Origin: Octopus sinensis
Lineage: Eukaryota
DNA length: 64,000 nt
NCBI RefSeq assembly: GCF_006345805.1
Contig: NC_042998.1
Location: 23,622,001 to 23,686,000, forward strand
Direction: 5' to 3'
Below the pieces are notes generated by a model. That model did not search any database. It saw only the letters and a list, made by a program, of their open reading frames with translations, and was not told the DNA's origin. Below, in pieces: positions 43,396 through 56,620 of this stretch (position 1 is the stretch's first letter; each line of letters starts with the position of its first letter). The position numbers were made by a program, and so were the translations under genes.

Positions 43396-44256
43396 CAACA
43401 ATTGAGGGCAAAATAATTAATTATTAATCAATTTCACCAAGTGTTCAGTATGCAAAGGGACCATTCAAGGCGAATTCAAATTATTACATTATATAAAAGG
43501 GCTTAGTAAAATAAATTACTTTGCCGCATACTGAACAGAGATTCTTCGCTTGCTTATTTGAATTTGTTGGCACTGTTAGTTACGAGCAGATCTTCGAAGG
43601 GTATGTTCTTATTTTCAGTGTTTCCAAATCCAAACCAAGGAATTTCTGAGCTGATGATAGACGTGTTGTTTGGACTATCTTGAAACGTACGTTCTCAATA
43701 ACCTTAGCATTTGATTTTTCGATGTCCTTACCCCCAAACTTTTGTGAGTTGAATTAAGCAAACACTATATATGAGAGAGATTTTCTTTAAGTATTAGAAA
43801 TAGCTTTAAAAAAGTTTTTTAGCTGCTATTTCTAATGAGTTCAGTATGCGGCAAAGTAATTTATTTTACTAAGCCCTTTTATATAATATATATATATATA
43901 TATATAAATGTATATGTATATATTTGCATATGTATGTGTGTGCATGCACACACACACGCACAACATATAACACTCAGCTTTCACTTGCAAGTATGACAAG
44001 GTACCATGCGCCATGTTTTTACTAGTTGTTTTCGGTGCTAATGAAGTCTCACCTATTCCATTTTGATCTTGCAGAATATCGAGTGTTTGACAACTGGAAG
44101 GCTGACATTAAACAATGATATATATATATATCCTTGTGTCTTGTACTATAGCCTCAGGCCGACCAAAGCCTAGTGAGTGGATTTGGTAGACAGAAACCTA
44201 AAGAGCCTGTCGTATATATGCATATATATTATGCATATATGTATATATATATATAT

Positions 44257-44288
<32 letters not shown>

Positions 44289-47200
44289 CTATATATATAT
44301 ATATATATATGTATATGTATATGTGTGTGTATATGTTTGTGTGTCTGTGTTTGTCCTCCCAATATTGCTTGACAACCAATGCTGGTGTGTTTACGTCTCT
44401 GTCACTTAGCGGTTCGGCAAAAGAGACCGATAGAATAAATACTAGGCTTACAAAGAATAAGACCCAGGGTTGATTTGCTCAATTAAAGGTGGTGCTCCAG
44501 CATGGCCACAGTCAAATGACTGAAACAAATAAAAGAATAAAAGAGAACGAACCAAGGCCCTGTGGCTCTAAGACGAGATGAATATAAAGCACCCCAGTAC
44601 CCATTGTAAAGTAGATGGCATTGGGAAGGGCATCCAGCCATAAAAACCATACCAAAACAGATGACTGGCGTCTGAAGCAGCCCTGCAGCTTGCCAGCTCC
44701 TGTGAAATTGCCTAACCTGTATCGCCATGGAAAACAGTCATTAAATGATGATGATGATAATGATGATGATGATAATGAAATAGAAACAAGTGTTATTCAT
44801 GAATCAGATGTAATACAATATAATGGATACGCTGAACAATAGCTCCTGTATTTTTATTCTGTTGTAACTTACATAAAAATGTTTATCCTTGATTGGAGGT
44901 TCATAAACTTTGTTAAAAGAACAACTGTTTCCAAAAGGACAATTTGTAAAGTCAAATAACCCTAGTATGCTCTTTTGGCATTTTTCAAATTCACCAGTAC
45001 CAATAAATTCATAAGAATCGGCAACCTGCAAAAAATGGGCAAGAGAAAGTATAATAAATAAATGAAATTATTAATATTAAAAAAAAAAAGTAATAAAAGT
45101 TTCTAATAGAAGAATAACAATGACCTGAGCATAAGGGTCATGAAATTGGCATATAAGGGGGTGGGGTGCTGAAAGGTTTTTGGCTTTGGGTAAAAAGAAA
45201 ATACAGGAGGATCAGTTAATTATGATTTTATTCAACATGCCAGTGCCGCCTAAAAGCACCAACCGATCGTGGTCGATGCCAGACTCCCCTGGCCCCTGTG
45301 CCGGTAGCATGTAAAAAGCACCCACTACACTCGCGGACTGGTTGGCATTAGGAAGGGCATCCAGCTGTAGAAACACTGCCAGATCAGACTGGAGCCTGGT
45401 GCAGTCCCTGGCTTTCCAGACCCCGGTTGAACCGTCCAACCTGTGCTAGCGCGGAAAACGGACGTTAAACGATGATGATGATGATGATATTCCCCTCTCA
45501 GACTCACATTTATTGCAGCAATTCTTCAGTTTTTCTAAGCCCTGTAAAAGACCTTAGCGGGTTGGGCCTCCAACCAGGCCAGGAACTTTTCAGCAACCCC
45601 AAGAAAGTACCTAGAAAACTTGAGACCTCAGATTACATTGGTTTCAAATTTTGAGACAAAGCCAGGAGAGGATAAGTCAATGACATTGGCCCCAGGGCTT
45701 AGCTGGTAATTATTTTTATTTTTATCGACCCCCGCCTCCCCCTAGCTTGCCGCCTTAAACAGTAAAGAATATTGAATAATAGAATAAAGTATTTTGAAAC
45801 GATATGTATAACAGAGTGAAATCTAGACAAAGTTTTATTCCTACCTTCATGCCTGGAGGCACAGATGTACAAGGACGCTGGAATAAATTGGTTTTGCTTT
45901 CATTCTTACGACTTCCATTCTGCCAACAAGGATTTTCGATTATACTGTGCTTTGAATTGTTCTGGAAAAACAAAAAAACAGTCAATGTAAAATGACAGAG
46001 GTAATTTATAGGTTAATGAGGCAATCAAAGGCAAGTGATATTTCCTGGTAAGTGTTACATGACATGGTGTCTGAAATAAACAATTACAAGAGTAAACAAG
46101 GCTGTGTGATGTTTCACAACCATGTGGTTGGGGAATTGGTCACTGCATGGCATCATGGGCAAGCGTCTTCTATTCTGGCCCCAAGATAACTAATGTGTTG
46201 AGAAGGAATTTGCAGCAAGTTCATCATTTGTTAAACTGAAGAAAAGCTAGGAAGCATACGATAGAAATATCATAGGAAAATTTAATATTCTTTTCTACTC
46301 TAGGCACAAGGCCTGAAATTTGGAGGTAGGGGCCCAGTCAATTAGATTGACCCCAGTATGTGACTGGTACTTAATTTATCAACCCTGAAAGGATGAAAGG
46401 CAAAGTTGACCTTGGCGGAATTTGAACTCAGAACATAAAGTCAGACGAAATACCTATTTCTTTACTACCCACAAGGGGCTAAACACAGAGAGGACAAACA
46501 AGGACAGACAAATGGATTAAGTCGATTACATCGACCCCAGTGCGTAACTGGTACTTATTTAATTGACCCCGAAAGGATGAAAGGCAAAGTTGACCTCAGC
46601 AGAATTTGAACTCAGAATGTAACGGCAGATGAAATACCACTAAGCATTTCACCTGGCGTGCTAACGTTTCTGCCAGCTCGCCGGGTTAGGAAAATTTAAT
46701 ATTGAAGAAGCAAGAAGAATCTGCCAGAATTGTCAACAAGAGGAAAAAAGACGAAGAAGAATGTGGTAAATTAGAACCAAAACATTTTACTGCTTCAATA
46801 AAATCATAGCAGAATCTGTCTTTGATTACACAGAGCTTATACGCTTAAAATTATTTTCTCCAGTTACTGGGTGCAAATTTTGTGGAACAAAAAGGCAATT
46901 AATTTTCATTTTAAAAAATACATTATCATTTTATCTACTCATCAGATTAATCTCATAAAAATGTTTGCTTATAGATAAAGAGATAAAAAATAAACAGACA
47001 AAACAGAAATAATTGCCATTATTTTTTTACAAGCAGAGAGCAAAGAATGAGAACAAAATCACATAATTTGTTAGAATAATATTTCAACATTAACAAAACA
47101 ACTCAATTTTGAAGATCACATGTCACAAGTTCACTTCACTATATTCTAGGAGTCATGAATGTTATGATATTCTGGTTGTTTTAATTAATGGATCATTGTA

Positions 47201-49128
47201 ATTATTCAGAAAAGTAAACAATAATTAGTAAATAGTAAAAATAGACGCAGGATTGGCTGTGTGGTAAGTAGCTTGCTTACCAATCACATGGTTCTGGGTT
47301 CAGTCCCACTGTGTGGCACTTTGGGCAAGTGTCTTCTACTATAGCCTTGGGCCGACCAAAGCCTTGTGAGTGAATTTGGTAGACGGAAACTGAAAGAAGC
47401 TTGTCGTATATATGTATATGTATATATATATGTGTGTTTCGGCCAAAGCACTATCCGAATCGTGGCCGATGCCAGCGCCGCTTTGACTGGCTTCCGTGCC
47501 GGTGGCACGTAAAATGCACCAACCTGATCATGGCTGTTGCTAGCCTCGCCTGGCACCTGTGCAGGTAGCATGTAAAAAGCACCCACTACACTCACAGAGT
47601 GGTTGGTGTTAGGAAAGGCATCCAGCTGTAGAAACACTGCTATATCAGACTGGAGCCTGGTGCATCCTTCTGGCTTCCCAGATCCTCGGTTGAACCATCC
47701 AACCCATGCTAGCATGGAGAACGGACGTTAAACAATGATGATGATGATGATGATGTGTTTGTGTGTCTGTGTTTGTTCCCCCAACATCGCTTGACAACCG
47801 GTGCTGGTGTGTTTACGTCCCCGTAGCTTAGCGGTTCGGCAAAAGAGACCGATAGAATAAGTACTAGACTTACAAAGAATAAGTCCTGAGGTCGATTTGC
47901 CCAACTAAAGGCAGTGCTCCAGCATGGCCACAGTCAAATGACTGAAACAAGTAAAAGAGTAAAATAAAACTAAGTGAAATAAGAGCCATATCCTCCTCAT
48001 TCTATAACTCCTGGTATGTAGATTAAGTCAATACCATTAACTCTTTAGATACCAAACCATCAGAAATACCACTTCTGATTTTATGATACAAACTATCCAA
48101 ACTATGGGCATAAGGTTAAAAAGCTCACTTCACAATTATGCCGTTTCAGGTTCAGTCCCACATAGTGATCACCTTAAGCAAGTCTTCTATGAAGGTTCTT
48201 TACTGACTAATGCTTACTTGTGAGTGAATTTTGTAGGCAGAAAATGGAACAAAATCCATGTGTATGTGTGTGCATGTATGGGGTTTTATAGTGCATGAGG
48301 AGTGTGAGAGATGTATGATTGTGGAGAAGGTGAGATAAATTTATGACATAGAAGAGTGATCAGTGTAAAAATGTGGTGGAGAGGATAATATGATGAATGA
48401 AGGTTGGATATTAGGGTCATTAGAGCATCAAACAGAATGATTTCCTGTATTTGTTCTGGGTTTCTGTTCTCTGAGTTCAAATTCTGCCATGGCCCACGTA
48501 GGCGCAAGACTTAAATTGTCATTTCTTTTAACTTCACTACCTCGCTCACTTGGTTCCTTTAATGGAATCATCATCATCATTTAATGTATTTTTTCCATGT
48601 TGGCATGGGTTGGATGGTTTGACAAAAGCTGGCAAGGCCAGGAGCCGCACCATGGTCCATTTTCTGCTTTGGCATGGTTTCTACAGGTGGGTGCCTTTCC
48701 TAACACCAGTCACTTTACCGAGTGTACTGGGAGCCCTTTTTGTGGCACCAGCATCAGTGCTTTTTACGTGGCACCACTAGGATCAATTTGATTGGATTAA
48801 CATGTCAAGGCACTTCTCCAGCATGGCCACAGTCTAATTACTGAAATGAATAAAAGACTTTATCATGATTTCAGGTAAGAACTTTCATGATCCTAACACC
48901 AGTTCAATAATCAAATATCTAGTTACTCTTTTACTCTTTTACTTGTTTCAGTCATTTGACTGCGGCCATGCTGGAGCACCACCTTTAATTGAGCAACTCG
49001 ACCCCGGGTCTTATTCTTTTGTAAGCCCAGTACTTATTCTATCGGTCTCTTTGCTGAACCGCTAAGTAACGGGGACATAAACACACCAGCATCGGTTGTC
49101 AAGCGATGTTGGGAGGGGGCAAACACAG

Positions 49129-49159
<31 letters not shown>

Positions 49160-49922
49160 CGACGGGCTTCTTTCAGTTTCTGTCTACCAAATCCACTCAC
49201 AAGGCTTTGGTCGGCCCGAGGCTATAGTAGAAGACACTTGCCCAAGGTGCCACGCAGTGGGACTGAACCTGGAACCATGTGGTTGGTAAACAAGCTACTT
49301 ACCACACATACAAAAAAAAAATCATGATGGTTTTCAAAGTTAATTAAAATACATAAACATTGTGTTTCATAAGCATTAAGTTACCACAGAAAACTATTAT
49401 TAAGGTAGTTGATATACTTACCAATACTAACTGTGCTTTGTACCTGAGAATAGTCTGATCAATCCCATAGCAGAGATAACTATGAGCATACACGGTCAAC
49501 GGATGACCATACAGTTGAAATGAAAGGGAGTTATTTACAGGCATTTTAACATCAACTGCTGGCACAAAAGCTATTTGTGTGGATGCACCTCCCATATCAA
49601 GAGCTCCGTATGTCAATGGAGCTGATTTCTCCAACAAATATGGTATCGGTGAATGAAATTTCTACAAGAGACAACAAAAAATAATTCTGTGTTACAAATA
49701 TTTTTTTCCATATATATAGTTAATCCAAACATGAAAACACAAAGAGAAAACACAACAACGCGAGGTCATGGAACAAGTATAGTGTTATTGGACGTTCAGG
49801 AAAGGAAAGAAAGAAGGAAGATTTAATGTTTTGAGCGGAGCTCTTCGTCAGAAACATAGAAAAAGGAAAGGTCCAAGGAAGGGAAGACAGAGGAAGAAAA
49901 TCATCAACGATGCACATGCGGT

Positions 49923-49956
<34 letters not shown>

Positions 49957-52900
49957 AATACAAAATTTTATTTAATTTTTATATGAAAATTGTATTTTTT
50001 ATGAAATGAATAAGACAAGCATACAACTCATTGTTGTCATTACCACCAATGTCATCATCATCGGTTGTCATCCCTCCAAATCATCAACTTCTTCCTCAAG
50101 CCATCCCCACCACCCATCATCTCTCTAACTGCAGTATTCTGCAGATGTGATTAAATGTCAACACAACTGTATTCTTCACCAACTTTTCCACTGACCTTTC
50201 TCATTTCCTGGAATAATTTCACTTGATATCCATCCTTCATTCTTCATATTATCCTCTCCACCACATTTTTACACTGATCACTCTTCTATGTCATAAATTT
50301 ATCTCACCTTCTCCACAATCATACATCTCTCACACTCCTCATGCACTATATCTGTCTCTCTCCACTCTCATACAGCTTTCAACAAATTTTCTGGTTGACA
50401 ATATTTCCCTCTCTATCCACCTTTTTTTTAAGTGAAGTGTGAAAAGTTGATGAGGGCTTGGCCAAAGCAGAGGCCCTTTCAATCTTGTCTACCAAAAATG
50501 ATAATAATAATGATGATGATGATGATAAATACCCTAATGCAATATCAGACAGTGGCTCTCATGGCTTTTGAACTAGTACATATTTTGTCTTGGTGTAAAA
50601 GATGGGCTACAGTAAATATTCTACTCTGTACTGCAGATTTGCTTGTCAGTTGCTTGACCGTAACCACTTGAGCATGTCCCTTAGTGGTTGATGATATGTG
50701 TGTCTCTGACCAAGAGCAGGAGTAGTTGAGAAGCAACATAGTCATGTGTTGAGAGGGATTCTTTGGTGTTTGAATAAGTCACCCTTGTAAACATAGGCAT
50801 TTCATTCATCATCCTTAAACAACAGGGACCTTTTGAATGAGATAGGCTACTTGACCTGAAGAAAATTCTAAGAGAGCCCTACATATAAGGTCAAAATATA
50901 AGGACCTTGAGACTGAGATATCTAGGATGAGGCAATTGAAAAACAAAACCATCTCTGTCATTGTGGGTGCCCTGCGAATGATCAAGAAAGGTACTGACAA
51001 ATTTTTTACCATGTCCCAGGGTAACCAACAATCTATGAGGCTCAAACAATTGTGTTGACATCAACTGTCCACCTTCTCAGAAAGTTTCTTTCCACCTAAT
51101 ATACACGTACCTAAGGTCTCTAGTTGAAGACCAGTCAAAAGATGAAATAAAATGTAGATCAGTCAGAAAATAATGGCAACAACTATAATAACAATAATAG
51201 AAATTAAAGTTACAAATTATTGTCTTTAATAAACTTACAAGACCAAGGTATCCCTTCAAATAGTTTGCTGTAATCCAAGAAAATATTCCTTCTTCTGAAC
51301 CATTAAGAATTCGAACTTGATGTTCTGGTTTCACAAACAGAAATCCAGAGTTTTTGAAAACATCTCTAATAGAAGCTAAAATAGCATCAGAAGCACTTTT
51401 GTTGGTCATACTGAAAACATAAGAAATTATATTCAATTATGGAAGTTTTGAAGAGCAATATACAAGATCTAAATATTGGCTTAAAATTTTGGCAAAAGGC
51501 CAGCAATTTCAGGTGAGGTGGATAAGTCAATTACATTAAACCCAGTGCTCAACTGGTATTTATTCTATTGGTCTCTTTTGCTGAACTGCTAGGTTACAGG
51601 GATATAAACACACCAACATTGGTTGTCATGCAGTGGTGGGTGACAAACACAGATACACACACACATACATATTTATAAATATATACGGCCGGCTTCTTTC
51701 ACAGGTTTCTGTGTACCAAATTCATTCACAAGATTTTGGTCAGTCCAAGGCTATAGCAGAAGACACTTGCTCAAGGTGCCAGGTAATGGAACTGAACCCA
51801 GAGCCAAGAGGCTGATAAGAAATCTTCTTACCACACATGTAATCAATGGCCAAACATGTAATCATGAATAGACTAAGTACCAAGTTTTAAAGAGAAATAA
51901 GTCCTGGGGTCGATTTGTTTGAGTAAAATCCTTCAAAGTGGTGCCCCAGCATGGCCACAGTCTAATGACTGAAACAAGCAGAAGATAAAGAAAATAAAAG
52001 ATAAATATACAAGAAAAAAGTTGTAATTTCTCAAATCCTCACCAAAACTAAAAATGTTTATACGATTTAGATATTGTCTCAGAACGAGGGATTTATTGAT
52101 GAACAAAGATGGTACAACAGCATATGGAACTTACCTTAATATTCTCATTCCAGCTGTGGCCCCTAAATAAATAGCTGTTGTAGAAATTTTGGATTCAGGA
52201 ACATGTTTATTAGCAAAATCTAAATAAGGTTTCATAGATTCGCCTGCAAGACTAGGATCGTCACTGAAATGGTGTATACCTTTGGCTGAAGAGAGATAAA
52301 AAATATTACTTGGTTAATGTAACAACAACAAGAACAAGAACAACAACAACAGCAACCACCACCACCACCACATATTTACAAAATAAATGAAGACGTCTTC
52401 ATTTATGTTGTAAATTTATTTTATGTTATTGAGACCTGAAGAGTGGCTATGTATTGTTGGGTCGAAGAAATATGAATTTTTGAGATTATCAATTTTGATA
52501 TTGTAGATTAGTATACATAGTCACAAAACATGCATCGTCGTTTTAATGTGTATTTTTTTAATGTGTATTATCTCGTATGGAAATTTTTAGTACAATATAA
52601 ATAAAAAATATATTTAAATTTACATTTTATTATAGATAATATCTTTCATTCTTAATTGAATTACTCTAAATCTTATATATATATATATATGTGTGTGTGT
52701 TAAAAAGGAATGTAATAATACATTACAAAGGATATATCAAAAACAATAATTAGTATATTTGCTACCTAAATGTGGCTAACCTTGCTCAGAAATTAATAAT
52801 TTATAAATATATCAATGGCCAAACATGTAATCATAAATTACATAAAAGAGTGTCTATAATCATTAATAAGTCACAATTATAACGGAGAGGGTTGCAAAAA

Positions 52901-54182
52901 CCCTTAAATGTTTAGAAATAGCAGTCAAAAACTACTATAAAGCCACTATTATCACTCATATTATATCTAGTCACAATTCAAAAATAAGTGGTTAATTCTT
53001 TATTGCAATTTTGAGGTTACATCATATCCGCTAGCCAGATTTACTGGTCTTTTCTCATGATGTTGGAATTCAGAATTTGAATGTGTAGAGAGAAGTTGAC
53101 ATATTAGACTTGCTGGTCAGGACACATGTAAGCCCCAAGGTATGGCTTTATATCAATTTGTATCTCTAGGAATATTCTCCTGAAGAGAGGAATGGAGCCG
53201 ATATCTTATAATGAGTTCCTAACCTCGAAATTGAAATAGAGAATTAACCTTTTATTTTTGAATTGTGAATATTACATGTCATGTCACTCCCAGACACCTT
53301 TATTGTGGCTAGGTATAATATGAGTGATAATAGTGGCTTTGTAGTGGTTTTTGACTGCTATTTCTAAACATGTAAGGGTTTTTGCAACCCTCACCATTGT
53401 AATTGTGATTTATTCATAATTATATACACTCTTCTTTATATATATATATATATAAAGAATATAACTTATAAATAAGGGCAAACGAAAAAATTTCTAATGC
53501 CAAATATGCCGAAATTGAACATATTGTTCATAACCATATAATTTTTCACAATACGCATGCTACTCGAAAAAAAGGCCGACAGAAAAGTAGCGTGCGTATT
53601 GTGAAAAATTATATGGTTATGAACAATATGTTCAATTTCGGCATATTTGGCATTAGAAATTTTTTCGTTTGCCCTTATTTATAAGTTGTTTATAATTTTA
53701 ACCTTTAAAGGTATTTTTTAATACGCTGGCCATTGATAAAATTTTTTTCCAAAAAAATTTTATCCTACATTAAATATATAAAGAATATATATATATACTC
53801 TCCTACTTGTTTCAGTCATTTGACTGTGGCCATGCTGGAGCACCGCCTTTAGTCAAGAAAATCGACCCCAGGACTTATTCTTTGGAAGCCTAGTACTTAT
53901 TCTATTGGTCTCTTTTGCTGAACCACTAAGTTACGGGGATGTAAACGCACCACCATCAGTTGAGAAGTGATGTTTGGGGGGGGGGGACAAACACAGACAC
54001 ACAAACATATACACACACTGCTGTACTCTTTCACTACAACTTTCTCTCACTCTTTCTTCTGTTGGCCTGCTCGCTTAGCCAGCGGGGTGGCGTCGCTTGA
54101 AGGCTAAAACAATGCAAAGCGCATTGTGACCAGCAATGTGTAGCAACATCTGATAGCCTGGTCGGTCACGGTAATCACGGTG

Positions 54183-54219
<37 letters not shown>

Positions 54220-54494
54220 TATATAGATTAAAAACAGTTTGATTCAGAAGTACTAAAGAATTTGAATCAAACCGTTTTGATTTATACATGGAACTCTCAA
54301 TAAATGTGTTGAGTTCCCTTCTTTCATTTGTCCGCTCACTTGTATATATATAATATATATACACACACACATATATAGATTAAAAACAGTTTGATTCAGA
54401 AGTACTAAAGAATTTGAATCAAACCGTTTTGATTTATACATGGAACTCTCAATAAATGTGTTGAGTTCCCTTCTTTCATTTGTCCGCTCACTTG

Positions 54495-54525
<31 letters not shown>

Positions 54526-55939
54526 GAAATATTTGGAAATATGTGAAGAAAAATTTGTGAGCTTTAAAATATATTCAAAACAAAACAGCCAACCAGGAAT
54601 AGATGAATTTGGAAATATAATTGTGACCCGGAACCATGAGGTCGGTAAGCAAGCTACTTAGCACTCAGCCACTCCTACACCTATATATATATATATATAT
54701 ATATATGTAGGCGACTGCAATAATAGTTGAAATCAGATCCGAGAGAAATAAATACTATAAGCAATCTTAATGAGTACTTAGTCATATTCACTGTCCCACT
54801 TATTACAAATAAAAGCTATTTTAGTTGGTTTTATTTTAAGTGATAAAACATGTAAAACACGAAAACTTGTGAAATATTGTGACTTACCCTTCGTCCTCAA
54901 GTTATTCGTTTGTCGAACAACTGCTGTGCCATTGGTTTTGGAGCCTTCCCATGTGAAGATAAAAATTTCAGTATGGCTTGAACCAGCATCAAAGACCAGA
55001 CTGTACTGAAATATGGAAGTGTATTAAGGTGAAATAAATACGCGAGTATGGTGATAGATATGTTGCATAAATATATAAAAACCAAAAAAACTGGCACTCT
55101 GCAGCTGAATCTGTTTCTAAAAAACTTCGCTTTGAGAGTTGCATTCCTTTGCATTTGGTACAAAGTGCTTATTATGGTAGTTTAGACTTTAAGAGTCCCA
55201 CCTAGCGTGAGGCATTTATGTATAGTAATGCCCTTAATATAAATAAATATATTTAAAGGGAATAATTAATAAATTTTTCCCTTATGAGGTCTTTTTCATG
55301 CTAACTACTTGATAAATTTTTATCCTATTTTTAAATTGTGTGTATATACACACACACACACACACATCAATATGCGAGTGTCTTTGTGTCTGTTTTTTCC
55401 TGCCTGCCACTTGACCACAGTTGTTTGTGTGTTCACGATCCCTGTAACTTAATGGTTCAGCAAAACAGACTGATGAAATAGGGATCAGGCTTAGAAACAA
55501 AAAGTACTGGGAGTCAATTCATTTGACTAAAGATTCTTCTAAGTGATGTCTAATGACTGAAACAAATGACAGATTAAAGATTAAAGATAATTAATTAATT
55601 GATACTTACTTTAACATGTGATTTTCCTTCTTGCCAAATTATACTGACAGTTATGAGACCAATTGCTCCAATAAGAAAACAGACAACTACAAAATACCAC
55701 CATCGTCGGCAGTGTCCATTTGACCCAAAGCAACTCATATCTAAAAGTATACAAAGAGAAAGAAGATTTGTCAGGATGTGTAGAGAGGCAGGGCAGTTTG
55801 TATGCAGACATCCTTTTATAATCACATAACTTTTTGGTGTTGTCACCCTGCTAAGCAATTTCCAAGTGAAATTGTATAGAAGCCTCCCGTATATCAATAT
55901 ATATGTGTGCATGCATGTGTGTGTGTGTATATATATGTA

Positions 55940-55986
<47 letters not shown>

Positions 55987-56559
55987 TATATATATGTGGG
56001 GAGAATTCACAAAAAAACAAAAAAAATGAAGACAGGTAGTGTAGACAACAAACAGATGTATTAGTACAATGCTCAGGAAGTGAAAAAGTCTTTAACATTT
56101 CGAGCCTATGCTCTTCCACAGAAAGGAACACAGAAAGAAACAAGGAGAGAAAATAAAGAATGTGTAGTGGCTAGCGATCTATCATGGCAAGTGTATATAT
56201 ACATACATACATACATATATATATATATGTATTTCGGAGACCCCCTTCGGTCACGACACAGACCATGGAATTGCACCTAGAAAGTTACCCTCCTAGACAC
56301 AAGTCCGGGCGAGGTTGTTTATGGAAGACCAGCAGTCGCCCATGCATACCAGCCTCCCCTCTCCACGCCACCAGTGTTATCCAAGGGAAAGACAAAGGTC
56401 GATACAGCTTGGCACCAGTGACATCGCAACTCATTTCTACAGCTGAGTGAACTGGAGCAATGTGAAATAAAGTGCCTTGCTCAAGAACACAACACGCAGC
56501 CCGGTCCGGGATTCGAGCTCACAACCTCACGATCGTAAGCTCAACGCTCTAACCACTGA

Positions 56560-56620
<61 letters not shown>

